Shown: piece by piece, positions 1 through 12,829 of the stretch | How positions within the stretch are numbered: position 1 is the stretch's first letter | Layout of the letters: each line of letters begins with the position of its first letter | Assembly (NCBI RefSeq): GCF_018977255.1 | Contig: NW_024704743.1 | Span: forward strand, 14,076,001-14,140,000 | Reading direction: 5' to 3' | Length of the DNA: 64,000 bases | Origin: Callorhinchus milii | Lineage: Eukaryota | The notes under the pieces: model-generated | What the model was told of the DNA's origin: nothing | Database searches by the model: none | Seen by the model: only the letters and a program-made list of their open reading frames with translations | Translations under genes and position numbers: made by a program

Positions 1-840
1 CCCTCCCCCCACCTGCTCTCCCTAAATTGGAGGTACCGGGCCAATTGTAGCATCCAACTGCTGCCCTGACTAAGACAAATGATTCTGACAATAACAAATT
101 ACATTTCACTTTGGGAGGATGTCCAAGTCTATTTGGGACGCCCTCCCGACGTGAAAGGCGCTGTGCAGAGTCCATCTCTACACTCAGAATGTTGTTGTTT
201 ATTTGCCTCAACTACTCACTGGGATAACTTTGCTATGTCACCAGGGCAATTTCCATGGCATATTTTTAATGCTCTTATATCATTTCCTCTATTTAAAAAA
301 AACTACGAATACATTTATTTGACTCTCGCCTTGTGCACNTTTTTTTTGCAGCTTTTATTTCTTGCGCATGCTCTCCCTCTCTCTCCTTGGAAGCCAAAGC
401 AGTGCAGATATACGCTGATCAGTAGTCATGGTGCTGAAGTGGCTTCATTGCTTCAGGGATCAAAGGCGGTGTGGAAATTTAAATTTAGTGACAGGTGACC
501 TACTTCAGAAGTGCTGGCATCATTGTCCCTGCCGGAGTACAGTGCATTTCCTCTGAATTGTTTTGGGTTTAATGGGTCGGCAGAGTCTACTGTTCCAGCT
601 GATCTAGGTTCTCCTGCATGAGGTGGAAGGGCTGCTGTGCTGTTCAGAAATCGAATGAGGAATAAATGAGAATTAAAGCATTCAGTTAAAATAATAGGAG
701 GCAGTGGAGAAAGAACTAAAACAAGCGGAGGATAGGAAGTGTTATACTGTAACATCCTAGAGAATGTGAATTGAGGCTGCGAATGTACGAATACAGAAGA
801 GAGCAAGTAAGTGTCGGTCTGTGTATTTATATCATATCAT

Positions 841-1180
841 GGAGTACAGTAGCTTAGTGATTAGAGCTCTCGTCTCACAAGCAAGAGGACCTAAGTTCGA
901 TTCCTGGCAAGGTGAAACGTTGGGCAAGTTTCCTTACTCTACTCGCCTCTGTTTACCTAGCAGTAAGTAGGAACCTGTTTGTTAGTCGATTGGAGGATCA
1001 CTTTTCCAGGGGTAATAATTCCTTCAAAATAAATAAAATAATTTGGCCACTCAATCCTCGACTGCTGCCACATTTCACCTACAAAATATAGTCAATTCAC
1101 TTTACAGTATATTTTACACTTTACTGTGAAGCGGTTCGAGATTTGATAAGGTGCTATATCAAGTGCAAGGATTATTATTT
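841..1180 (+). mobile_element. tRNA-headed SINE, family A
   Basis: A-box TAGCTTAGTGA, B-box GTTCGATTC, core GCCTCTGTTTACCTAGCAGTAA, L2-like tail ending (ATT)n. Confidence 0.85.
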
Positions 1181-1194
1181 CTTTTAAACTATCA

Positions 1195-1460
1195 GTGTGG
1201 CTCAGTTGGTGGTACTTTTGCCTCTGGGGCAGAAGGCTGTGGCTTCAAGCTCCTCGTCGGGACTTGTTCTCATAATACTGGGGGAGGGCTGCGTTATGTT
1301 TGCGATGAAATGTTAAACTGTCTGTTCAGGTGAACGATAAAGATCCCACACCACTATTTGAAAAGAACAGGAGTTTTCTCATCATGCCTTGGTCAACAAT
1401 CTCCCTGATTATTTGGTCATTCACCTCATGGCTGATAAATGCAATTTATTCCTGTTTATA
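1195..1460 (+). mobile_element. Deu-domain-type SINE, family B
   Basis: GGCTCAGTTGGT head; GATGAAATGTTAAAC...AAAGATCCCA...GGAGTTTTCTC core resembling the DeuSINE domain. Confidence 0.7.
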
Positions 1461-1494
1461 GTTGTTGTCAAAAGTAAGCACAGTACATTGTCTG

Positions 1495-2257
1495 TTACAA
1501 CAACTATAACAGCAATAAATTATATTTATAGAGCGCCTTTCACATCGGGAGGACGTCCCAAAGCGCTAAACAGTCAGGTGTTGGGGCCCGAGCATGGGGG
1601 AGGGGTGGTGTAGGGGTGAGGGAAGGCGGAGAGGTAGGAGGGTGACTAAAGGCACGATCGAAGAGAAGGGTCTTGAGACCAGCCTTGAAGGAGGCAAGGG
1701 AGGAAGCGAGGCGATGGGACCGTGGGATGGCGTTCCAGCGTGTGGGAGCAGAGAGGCTGAAAGCCCGGCCACCAATGGTCGGGTGGGAGACATGGAACAA
1801 GCCGGAGCCTGCTGAACGGAGGGAGCGGGCAGGTTGGTAGGGAGTCAGCAGGTCAGAGAGGTAGGAGGGGGCAACGCCTTGAAAGTGAGGACGAGGATCT
1901 TGAACTCGATCCTCTGGGGGATGGGGAGCCAGTGGAGTCGGGCGAGGGTGGGAGTGATGGGGTCACGGAGCCTTGTGCGCAAGAGTACACGAGCTGCAGA
2001 GTTTTGGATGATCTGCAGCTTGTGAAGGGAAGAGTTGGGAAGGCCGATGGGAGGGAGTTTCTGTAATCGAGCCTTGATGTGATGAATGTATGGGTGAGGG
2101 TTTCGGCAGCCAGTGGTGAGGCAGTGGCGGAGTCTGGCAATGTTGCGGAGGTGGTGGTAGGCAGTGCCGGCCATGGCGTGGATGTGGGAAAGAAAGGACA
2201 GTTCGGGGTCAAACAAGACATCCAGGTTCCTGACCGGCTTAGTGAGGTGAGGATGTT
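1495..2257 (-). mobile_element. L2-clade LINE 3' fragment
   Basis: ORF2 C-terminal remnants LQIIQNSAARVL...LHWLPI...FKIL; stem-loop 3' tail. Confidence 0.9.
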
Positions 2258-2773
2258 CTAAGACTCTGGACAGTTGAGCGTTTGCACCTGAGCTGGGGGT
2301 TGGATTTGGGAGGGGTTAAAGCCAACAGCGGGGTGGGGGTAAATGACTGAAAGCGTAGTCAAAGAGGAAGGTTTTGAGACTGACCCTGAAGTATAATTAC
2401 TGTGATGTGCTTTTATGTAAGCTACTATGAAAATGCAAGCAAAGTTAGAGAAACGACTTGGATTAGTCTCGAGTTCCTGTTGCACTGCAGGGCAATGTGC
2501 AATATTGATTCCTGGAGAGGGATAATTATATGAGCTGATCTATTTTAAAAAAAACCTGCAGGTTGTCATAATGATGAGATTTCTACTGTGAAAGCTATTT
2601 CTCTCTCTCTACCGCACACACACTTACAATAGAAACATTTATAGTTGCAGACTAATTCCTGCCGCTGTGAAATAAATGCTATGCTTTAAGCTGTGAACGT
2701 TATCTGAAGTTGGTCTTGTACGAGATTGGGTGGTCTCTGAGCCATTCAGAAATAAATCATCTTCCCATTTTAG

Positions 2774-2828
2774 ACAGAAGCCACCTCTGTGCCTAGTTTA
2801 TTTAGGAGGACAAGTCGAGATTACCTCA
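2774..2828 (+). CDS. Possible LRRFIP2 upstream alternative exon (TEATSVPSLFRRTSRDYL)
   Basis: ttttag acceptor and gtgagt donor; weak resemblance to human LRRFIP2 DTASIVSSDRASRGRRESV; phase not reconciled with the next exon. Confidence 0.3.
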
Positions 2829-4651
2829 GTGAGTATATTTATTTGGTTATCCAAGACTTAAACAGCAGTGAAGCGCCACCACCTCTGGTGGTTGTACTCA
2901 AAACTGGAATTGAGTTAGTGCTGGGGTGAGTCGCTGCTCCTGGTGATAGAGGTCAAAGTCGACTCCTCAGTTTGGAATCCTAGGCATAACCATCTACAGT
3001 AGCTGCATTGTACAGCAGTTACACCCTGGAGGTGTGGCAAAAGGAGGTATGCTTTGAAGATTGAGTGTTTTCAAAAGGGTGAAATGGAAATCCAGCAGCA
3101 AAGTAAGTCTTCTGTTCTGGAGGTTGTTGCATTAATCCATACTCCTAGTGCCTGCTATAGGGGAGAGCATTCATTGCAAGTGGTAAACAGATTATTTTTG
3201 CAAACATTATCAATATTGAGTGCTACTTGGCCAGTTCAGCAAAGGCAAGATGTAAACCTGCCTCAACTGTGTCCTTCCAATCAGTCTCAGTGAAAGAGCA
3301 CCTACTATATTGGTGTGAATTTTACAATTTCACTAACTAATCAACTTTGGCACGTGAGAGGCAGGCGATCAACATAACACAACATTACAGAAGGTTTTGT
3401 GTCTCTCGGCCAACAGACCCTGGATTAAAACTATAAACGTTACATTTCACTCTGGTCTCTGAGAGGACAATTGAGAGGCAAAGTTTCACTTGTTCAGTCT
3501 GAGCTGGGCAGAGTTGAGGGATCCCTGAAAACCAATGCTTTCAATCTGTTGAACGTGCAAACTGTGAATATGTCTGGAGCGGAGAGAAAAGGCAAGAAAC
3601 CTCTGTGTTGGATGTCATAGTCTTGAATTGTTGGCCTATACCTTGGAAGTGCATTTTAACCCCACTGTGCTAGGCTGCTGCTCCTCTCTAATGGATACTG
3701 TATTGTGGTTTAGGATGTAATGCATCTGGAATGATCTCATTTAGGAGTGGTTATGCCCTTCTATGGTTAAACATGATCTGGGATGAAGGTTTTGCTGAGA
3801 TTGTGGTAACTGAGCGAGTCTTACCGAGTGGGATCATGCCCTTCCCCCGAGGCGCTATCCTCCTGGGTAAACAGATGTAAATTTCTTCCCGCTCTGAAAG
3901 AGCTCTGCTCAGCAGCTAATGCTGGTCTGGCGTTTATTTGACAAATGTTTTAATCGGGCCGGATGTTTCACTGAAGTATGATATTATTGGAGGCACCACT
4001 ATATGAAGCGCAATAAAATTACAGTGCTTAAATTGTCCAATGTGACAAACCCACCAGGTTGGCTTGGTGACAACAGACTTTATTAAGGAGTATGAGTACT
4101 GCACAACTACGTTAAGATCCACTCCACCCACAGGTTTCTACTGCTAGGTTAGGGTTCAACAAACAAATGCCTGTTTTAATAAACTAAATGTTGTGTCATG
4201 GCAACTGATTTGATATTAAACGATGAAAGGGGATGCACTCTAACCTCAGTGCCCAGGAGTTGAACACTTGGCGAGTTTGTAATAAACCCTCCGTATTCTC
4301 TGCTTCCTTGCAAGGCAACGTGGAATGTAATCTGAAGAAGGCAGAGGACAAGGTTCACTGGCATTTCAGTGAATTCTTAGGAATGAGGGCAGGATGTAGT
4401 TTAAACTCATAAAACCTGATTCCCACTTAAATGTGCATGTACAATTATCTCCCACATAATAGCACTCTGGGGTCTTGCTCATTGTATGACAAATAACCAA
4501 ATCATGGTTTTCAGATAGTCCTTCAGTGACTGAAGATCAAACTTGAGTTTCATTTAAGTTACTAAAAATTATACCTGAGTTCCCCGGTGATGCAGAATTA
4601 CTCTGTTGTACCGTTATTAAATGGAGGTTTGATTGTTTGTTGCCTGTACAG

Positions 4652-4711
4652 TGGAGACTTGATGAATGATGGAATTGAAGACTCTGAATCCAAGTCTTTG
4701 AGGAGTCCTTT
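4652..4711 (+). CDS. Possible LRRFIP2 upstream alternative exon (GDLMNDGIEDSESKSLRSP)
   Basis: tacag acceptor, gtaata donor, open in one frame only; weak resemblance to human GSVVSEVDDISIPDLSS; phase 2-2 does not join the phase-0 exon at 5320. Confidence 0.2.
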
Positions 4712-5319
4712 GTAATAATTCTGCTGTCGCTTCCTCCAGTGAGGTTGATTAGTGATATTTATAGGCTTCCTCTAGCTCCTTTGTCATGGAAAATGAAGCT
4801 CTTTTCAGATTTAAGCGAGTATATACTTGACCAGTTGGTCAGTGTGATTCTTGCAGAACTGTGGTGTATTGCTATGTGTAGCTTGTGAGGGTATACACGA
4901 CACTGACCGGTGGCTGGGGAATGGATGGAAGTTTAAATCATACTTCCTACCAGTCATTCAACAGCACAGACGTGATGGTGGCATTAGGTTCCTGGGTAAG
5001 CGAGGTGTGCCCTGATCCCGAGTGACACGATACAGGGTTTGGTGGAAGTGGACTTTATGTTGAGGGACATAAAATTGGGAGCTGTTCTGAGTTTTTACGT
5101 TTTAGTATCACACTGTGCTGATCGCTCTCACAAGCCAATCGTCCAGCATTTATCTCATTTATGTCATAAGATTAGTTCAGATGAAGAAGACCCTTCAGTC
5201 TTTTGTGGTCTCATTCTTTCAGAACACCCATCCTACAATCCTCCCATCACAGGATCAAGCTTCTTTTTTTTAAAGAAATGAATATTCTTGAGGAGTAACT
5301 GCTGACTTTTCTTTTGCAG

Positions 5320-5349
5320 TTGGAGGAGAAGACGGAATCATTTTCTCGG
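5320..5349 (+). CDS. LRRFIP2: LRRFIP2 30-nt exon LEEKTESFSR
   Basis: ctgac branch-like motif, ttttcttttgcag acceptor, gtgagt donor; phase 0-0; corresponds to human LDEKSDKQYAENYTR. Confidence 0.8.
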
Positions 5350-5699
5350 GTGAGTAGCACATTGTCATGCCATCATTGTGTTCCGTTGGTTTTGTTAAAC
5401 CCATTACATAAGTGATGTTGGAAAAGATGCGGTGGATGAGATGAATTAGTTCTGGATTAGAGGTTAATCTTGGTAAAGGTAATAGCCGGCCGCTTGTGGA
5501 CCAGGCCAGTAGAAATCCACTAGTTCTTCTTACTCTTCTTTCATTTTGCAGAATGTTGAAAAATGTCAGTGATTTTAATGTTTACAATTAGATCCCTTAA
5601 AATTTGGTTAACTGGGCTCAAAAACATCTGATAGTCTTCTCTTGTTCTATCCACTGATTAGTTGCACCAGTAGCTACATCTGATTTTTGACTCTCCATG

Positions 5700-6900
5700 G
5701 CTGTATGTAGCTGTTGATTTATAGGGTACCTGGTCATAAGGGCCATAGAACCAACTTTCTATCCATGTTGCTACCTTTCCATTAATACCATGTTTTTTTT
5801 TAACAACAAGTTTCCTTTACGGCACCTTCTGACAATCTATATATACCACATCCACAGCATTACCTTCATCTATTTTCTCTATTATCCAGTCAAAAAAAAC
5901 TCTTATTAAATTTATCAGGCAAGAATTGACTTTTAAGACATCCATGCTGCCCATATTTAATCAACCCGTGTTTTTCCAAGTGGTTATTAATAATTATCCT
6001 GAATAATAGCTTCTAAATGTGTGCCCTTTATTGGATGGTAGACTGACTGATCTGTAATTATTTGACTGGTCCTGTTCTCCCTTTTTAGCAGAGGTGTTAC
6101 ATTAACTACCCTCTAGCGTTTGACTCCAAGGATGTTTGAAAAGTTGTAGTCAGGAGCATCTACTATTTCCTATTTCCTCCCTGACTATTTCCTCCCTGAC
6201 TTCCCTTGTCTTATTTTCATTCCTACTTACCCAAAGAACCCTAGTTATAGCAGTATCTACTTTGTTAATGTAGGTATATTCCTATTTTGTACCCTGTTTA
6301 TCTTGGCTTTGAAAGTTTCCCACTGCTCATTGACTCTGTTATCTGCCAGCTTTTCTACCCAATTTATCCGTGCTCGTTCCCTTCTCATCACTTTGAAATT
6401 TGCCCTTTTCTAGATGGTACCTTTCTCTCTGACTTTCCGTTCTCCTTTACAATTTCAATTAAACCTAATAATGTTGTAGTCACTGTTTCCTAGATACTCC
6501 CCCACTCTCACATTACTCACTTGTTCCACTTCCTAGAACAAGATCCTTCCTAGTTGGACTGGAATCGTCTGATTTAAGGAAACAATCCAGTGCACGCTGC
6601 AGGAAACCCTCCCCTTTTTGGCTGCTCGCATTATCCATGTCCCATACTATTTTAGCATAATTAAAGTCCTCACTTAATAATGCCCTAAATCCCTGGTTGT
6701 CCAGTGTCTCGGGACGTCCTCCCAATGTGAAAAGTGCAATACAAATGTAATTTGTTGTTGTTACCTTATTTTGCACATCTCCCAGATTTCTCTACAGATC
6801 TCTTCCTCCATCTAATTTCCACTATTTGCTGTTCTATAATAAATTTCTAACAGATATTGTAATACTTATTTCTTACCTCTACCCAGATATATTGTCTTTT
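5700..6900 (-). mobile_element. Degraded CR1-type LINE fragments
   Basis: Decayed RT-like segments on the minus strand (NYRSVSL-like near 6040-6060); boundaries uncertain. Confidence 0.5.
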
Positions 6901-8684
6901 CATCTACCCTTCCGACACCCTTGTATTTCAGCACTGCAATAGAGTCCTTGATTAGTGGGACTGACACCCCTTCCCTTTTTTCCTCCACTGTCCCTGGAGG
7001 TGGGAAGCAGATTGCGTGGTTCCCTTGAGCCAGTTACCAGCAGGATTCCAGCCTGATCGCCTGTTAGTGAATCCAATTGTGGACTGTTGATTTTCAGATG
7101 CCATTGTTTCATTATTTGTATTGAAGTAGTCAACATATGACAATTTATTTTCTAATCCTGCATCTATTAATGATACAGGGCAGTTCGAAAAGCTTTCAAA
7201 GTCTTGAGCAGATCTGGATTTCCTCGTCCTGAAATTGGGAAGAAGATGGTTATGGAAATATTATGAAAATGTTTGTCACTTAAAATTCTCCTTGTTCCTT
7301 CCTGGGTGGGGGGAGGAGTTGTACAGAGTAACCCCCATTATAACGCAGTTGTCTGGCTCCAATATCTCTGTTTCTGTATTACAAGTAAGAGTGGAAAAAT
7401 ATCCCACTTCTGAGTCGACAGGAAGCCACTGATTTCCCTTCATACGCATTGCAGCTGCAGGCCAAGAGTGATGTCATTAATGACCCAGAAGATGGAAACC
7501 TGTGTACAGTACTTGCAATCCACAGTGCACTTGCACTATAAGCAAGGCAGCCCTGTTCTGCCAATTATAGGCATCATTAGTGAACTTCAAAGTCTATTCA
7601 TAAGAAGTCAATAGACTGGTTGAATAAGTCCATCTTCGGTGTCTCTGCACTTGCTTGGTTCTCGCTGGCCAGAGAAATCATGAAGTTTCTGCTCCGGAAG
7701 GCAAGATTAGGAAATTAATTGTTGTATCTTGACCTCTTCAATACAGCTAACGAGACAATGTCATTTCAATTTTTTTCTGTAAGATCAAAAACTAGCTCTC
7801 CCATTTGGTGGGTTGTCTGTGTACAGAGGTCCTCGCCACTTCTGGTGAAAGTGATTTGAAAGTGGGGAAATACCCACTTCTGCTTCCAGCAGTATAAACT
7901 CAGCACCAACAATTGATGTGGGACAAGCTATACACCTGGATTGAACGGACATGTCAGAATTAGTGCATGAAGCACTATATCCTGTATGATTAAAGTGTGA
8001 CTCACTATAATGTGACAACTGCTGGACTGAGGCAGCACTGAGTTTAAGCTGGAACTTTTCTAAAGTTTCACTAGAAAAACACCTTAGTTCACCCCCCCAA
8101 GCTGGAGTTTATCAATATTAGAGATTGATTTTTAAGCAATAGTTGATCTGATAAAGGTTGCACTAAACTCCACTAATCCAGTAGAGAAAGAGACTGGGAA
8201 AGCAAGTGTGCGCATTATCTTTCAATGAAGCACATACAGTCTTTGTCAAACTATTGTTAATATAAATGTTCAATGAACTATATCAATAGGATCGTATTTG
8301 ATGTACATTGTCCTTAACTCACTGCGGTGTAAATTGCTGTGGTAACTCGTTGCATATTTGAATAAAGTCCAAATCTGATGTGTTGGCTTCATGTAATTAA
8401 GGGTTTAATTTTATGCGCCTTTTGTACAAAGAGTTAAGCACTAGCCTTCTTGAATCACTTTACGTTTAATGCTCAGCACATAAAATAGTAATTCTGTTTG
8501 AGAACAGTTATAGGATAGAGCATCAATTCAGACATGGCATTAATCAATTTTTTTTCAACTATGATAACGCCAGCTGAATTGATATGGCAACATTCAAAAA
8601 AAAAAAAAAAAATTTTTTTTAGAATTCTTTGAGTTTTGACAGTATGTGCAGGGAAATCATTACCTCAATGATTGGTAATTTAGG

Positions 8685-9040
8685 TGTCAACCTGGCTCAG
8701 TTAGTAGTACTCTCGCCTCTGAGTCAGAAGGTTTGGGTTTGAGTACCCAGGTCAGGACTTTGAACTGACAGTCCAAGCTGAGACTCTATCTAGTGCCCAG
8801 GATGCTCTGCTTTGGAGGTGCCATCCTTCAAATGAGACTGATCACTTTTAAAGCTCCCATATTAGAAAAGACTACCCCCGCCCCCCAATAAAAGTTGTCA
8901 TTCACTTCATGCCTATCTGTGACACATGGCTGGGTGGAAATTGGCTGCCAAGTTGGTCCACACTTTACAGCAAATTCCTTGAAGCACTTTGAGGTATCCT
9001 CCCAAAGCTGAAAAGTACTATATCAAATGCAAGGATTATC
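8685..9040 (+). mobile_element. Deu-domain-type SINE, family B
   Basis: GGCTCAGTTAGTAGTACTCTCGCCTCTGAGTCAGAAGG head; tail ATCAAATGCAAGGATT. Confidence 0.75.
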
Positions 9041-9496
9041 ATAACCCCACAGCTATGTTGTGTCAAATTGATATCTGGATTAGTTCATTGAACCTACGCA
9101 TGGTCTATATACAACTTTGAGCTTTTCAGTTTAAGGACGTTTATTCTATGGTGGCTTGGAGCAAGATAGAAGAAGTGCACTGTGTAAATATGTTGGAAGC
9201 GTAATTATTTTAAAAGGTTCTGAAATGAAAAGCCGGGTGTTTTTGTATAAAGTTGTGCTTACTTTGCTTGGAGGGTTTGCATTGTGTGTTTTTTTTTAAT
9301 CTTCTTCCCACCCCCAAATCTAGAAATCATCACAGCTGAATTTTAAAACTGTTCAACCCTTCTGTTGTTGGACAGATTGCCATACAAATGAAACACAAAT
9401 GTTGCGTTCCAAAAGTCACTCGGGCTGGTTTCCATGGTAACCAGCACTCTTTTCTCTCTCTCTCTCTCTCTCTCCCCGCACCCCTGCACTAATCAG

Positions 9497-9628
9497 CCTG
9501 CTTCTCGCAATGCGGTGGCAGGGCTATCGCCAGCCACCCTGGCCTCACTCGGAGGTTCGTCGTCACGGCGAGGAAGTGGGGATTCGAGCAGCGTTCTGGA
9601 TCCAGATGTATCGCTCAGTGAGTTGCGG
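9497..9628 (+). CDS. LRRFIP2: LRRFIP2 exon [44 protein letters not shown]
   Basis: (CT)n tract + cag / gtaaga; 132 nt phase 0-0; SSRRGSGD...SLSELR motif. Confidence 0.95.
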
Positions 9629-9803
9629 GTAAGACAGTAAACTTAAGTACATGTGATTTTTTTTCTTCTCCGCTTAGTTGACCGAGATCTTACAGGATTG
9701 TGTGTACGAGAACTGTAACCCTTTGCAGAATTTCAGTTTGATGTCTTGTTTGTTCCCTGGACCCTCCCATTTATCCAGTGGTTCATTCCATGTGTCCCAA
9801 CAG

Positions 9804-9875
9804 GATATCTATGATCTTAAGGACCAGATACAAGATGTAGAGGGGAGATACATGCAGGGATTAAAGGAACTTAAG
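9804..9875 (+). CDS. LRRFIP2: LRRFIP2 72-nt exon DIYDLKDQIQDVEGRYMQGLKELK
   Basis: cag/gtatca; matches the recalled human LRRFIP2 peptide. Confidence 0.96.
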
Positions 9876-12309
9876 GTATCAGGGCCATGTCCCCAGCATG
9901 TTTTTTGTGTATATCCTGTGGATTTTGACCTGCACTCACTTAACATGCTATAGCACAATTCCTTCTGTAGAATTTGACTAACTCCTGTGTTTTGGCAATG
10001 TGGTAGACATTTAGGATCATTGTCGCATGTGCTTTTACTTGAGCGTCATCCTTAGTATTATTCACGTTATTATGTGGCGTGTGTAGGACTTGGAGGAAAG
10101 TCATATTATTCTTCGGAAAAAAAGAGTACAGATCAAAGTCGTATTCTGGCAGCAAAACCATTGTGTTGTCTGAATTCTGAACTGTGAACCTTTTTTTTTG
10201 CTTTATGTTTCAACAGTCTCACTATTTTATGTAACTTAATTATACATCTAATGTGACCATAGCACCAGCAGTAATGGATGTGTACCAAGAGAGGGAAAAA
10301 TGGATGAGATCATCAGGCCCTGGAGAGCATTAATCAATCTTTCTGCTACTAACTATTTTTGCACTTTTATATATTAAAAAAATGGAATGGCATTTATTTA
10401 TAAACACAAAGGATTACGCAAATGTGTGCAGCATTCTTTATGTTAATAAAAAGTCTTCCGCTTGATTCTTCATTGTGCTTCGAACCTGTACTGGAAAGTT
10501 AACCGCTTCTACTTCTGCATGTCTAGAATATTGTGAATTAGACTGATTACTGATGTTCTGCATGGCTAGCTAGGATACTGAGAATTGTACTGATTCCTGA
10601 CTAAACTTTGCAAGTTCCCTTTTCCCCCTTATTTGTATCCAGGGAATGATTTCTCTCCTGACTAAGAGTTTGCACTGGGCGAAAAATAATAATAATCCTT
10701 GCATTTGATATAGCACTTTTCACATCTTCTAGACGTCCCAAAGCGCTTCACAGAAAACCCCAACTCTAAAAGCTGCCGCCTGTGCCTAAACCAATATTGT
10801 TCTAACTTCTGACATTACACCATTAGTTCCCTTCTGCTGTTTATCCTCTGCTAAATTTTAGGAAAATTTGTCACGAAGAAGTGCAGCTACTTTGTTTGGC
10901 TGGTTAATTTCACTTTCACCCTTTAGTTATTGCATGCTAGTTAATAGTGAATGATTTGTCCGAACAGAAATGCATACAGAGAGAAGCCCACATACTGTGA
11001 ACTCAGCTATATCACATTGATGAGAATGATTACAATTGTGGTAGATCTCAGAATTGTTCAATATGTGATTGAAAAATGTAGTATCAAATTAACATTTTGC
11101 TAGAAATTGAAACAAAATCTAATCTGTGGTGATGGGACTCCACCGTTGCCTGCAACTGTTTTTGGCCTCCAAACCTATCTACCAGTCAAGTCTCTTAACT
11201 TACTCCATAGTACTTTCACCCATAGTAGTTTTGCACACAAAATATACAGTCAAGTCCCTTCGCAATATATTCTGTGAAGTGCTTTGAGACATCTCAAAGA
11301 CGTGATAAGGTGCAATATCAAATGCAAGGATTATTATTATTATTACTTCATTGTATTCCCAGATAAGCTGCCTTGTTGTTCTGTTTGCCTACAGCCACAT
11401 GAATGCTTGCTTACAAAAATGGCAGTGTGACTCAGAGTACAAAAGATGACTAGTGTGGGAAATAGGAAATGAAAAATGTCACACTGGGGCATTAGTGAAT
11501 ACTATATTCGCCTGAGATTGGGCGAGTCACATTGCTGAGATGGAGTGCAGGAAACTTTAGTCTGTATCCAACAGTTCTGTACCTGCCTTGGGAACACTTA
11601 ATGCTTGCACTCGCTGACAGAACTGGGAAAGTGTTCTGTTTCTCAGCACTTGCATTCCTTGTCTTGATGAATGCAGAATTATCAGAAGACGTTTATTATC
11701 AAGAAAGACAATCTTCTAAATGGCAGTTTCATTTTTCATATATTAGTTTACAAATAGTACATTATTATCAAAAACAACAATAACAACAAGATTCCATTTA
11801 TAAAGCGCCTTTCACGTCGGGAGGACGTCCCAAGGCGCTGAGTTATGTTAGTCTGACTTCAAAAGAGACAGCAAGACTGAACAAAACTGAGCTGAATTGA
11901 TGGTTTAAATCAAAGTTTAAATGCTTTTGACAAAAAAAAGGAACATTCAATTTACCCATTTTACTGCATATCCTTTAATAACCTTAATAATCCAGTGTCT
12001 GGAATATCTATCTTCTGTTTTAATCTTTTCCCCATATAACATTTCTCAGTCTGCTGATCGATGACCAAATAATGGGTCCAGAATAACTATGATTTGATTA
12101 TTGCTGTGATCAGTTCCGACCCAATTACCTGTCATTTTTAGAATATGCCTTTTTTTCCTCTCTTGGCCTCCTGCACATCGACCAAATCGTGTCTGTTCAT
12201 TCTTGCATGTTCCCTGTATCTGCACTGATTTCCAGCTTCATCTGCATATAGAGGTCCATTCAGTACAGCATCCAAGTTACCAAAAATAAATGGCGTGTTT
12301 GCATTGCAG

Positions 12310-12480
12310 GATTCCTTGTCAGAAGTAGAAGAGAAATATAAAAAAGCCATGGTCTCCAATGCACAACTGGACAATGAAAAATCTAACCTAATCTATCAAG
12401 TGGATACACTAAAAGATGTGATAGAGGAGCTGGAGGAGCAGATGTCAGAACTGTATAGAGAAAATGTGGAGAAGTCAAAG
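12310..12480 (+). CDS. LRRFIP2: LRRFIP2 exon [24 protein letters not shown]...EKSK (coiled coil)
   Basis: cag/gtaact; 171 nt; signature [16 protein letters not shown]. Confidence 0.97.
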
Positions 12481-12709
12481 GTAACTGAGGAAGAGCAGTG
12501 CTGTTGAGCCGGTTTGTTCAGCTACATTGTTTGGCAAAGACGTTCTTCTACAGGTGGTCACAATGGTTATATTCCATTGTTGTGGGTGTTTTGGCAATTG
12601 CTCACAAAACTGGATTCTGTCTGCTTTGAAAAATTGCTCAGAAGACAACATTTGTGTGGGAAACATTTCCAAAACTCTTGATGAGTTCAATTTGTGCCTT
12701 GTTTTACAG

Positions 12710-12802
12710 GAACTGGAACGACAGAAACACATGTGTATTGTATCTCAACACAAAGCAGAGGAACTGAAAGAGGGGATTCGCCAAAGAGATGAGCTTATAG
12801 AG
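12710..12802 (+). CDS. LRRFIP2: LRRFIP2 93-nt exon [31 protein letters not shown]
   Basis: cag/gtaggt; phase 0-0. Confidence 0.96.
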
Positions 12803-12829
12803 GTAGGTGTGGGCTCGATATAAGTATTT

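Noticed and set aside
79..498. 139-aa ORF, and a possible exon starting at 394 (PKQCRY...)
   Set aside because: The ORF begins in a LINE tail and spans an N base. There is a pyrimidine tract + AAG at 393, but no convincing donor or homology.
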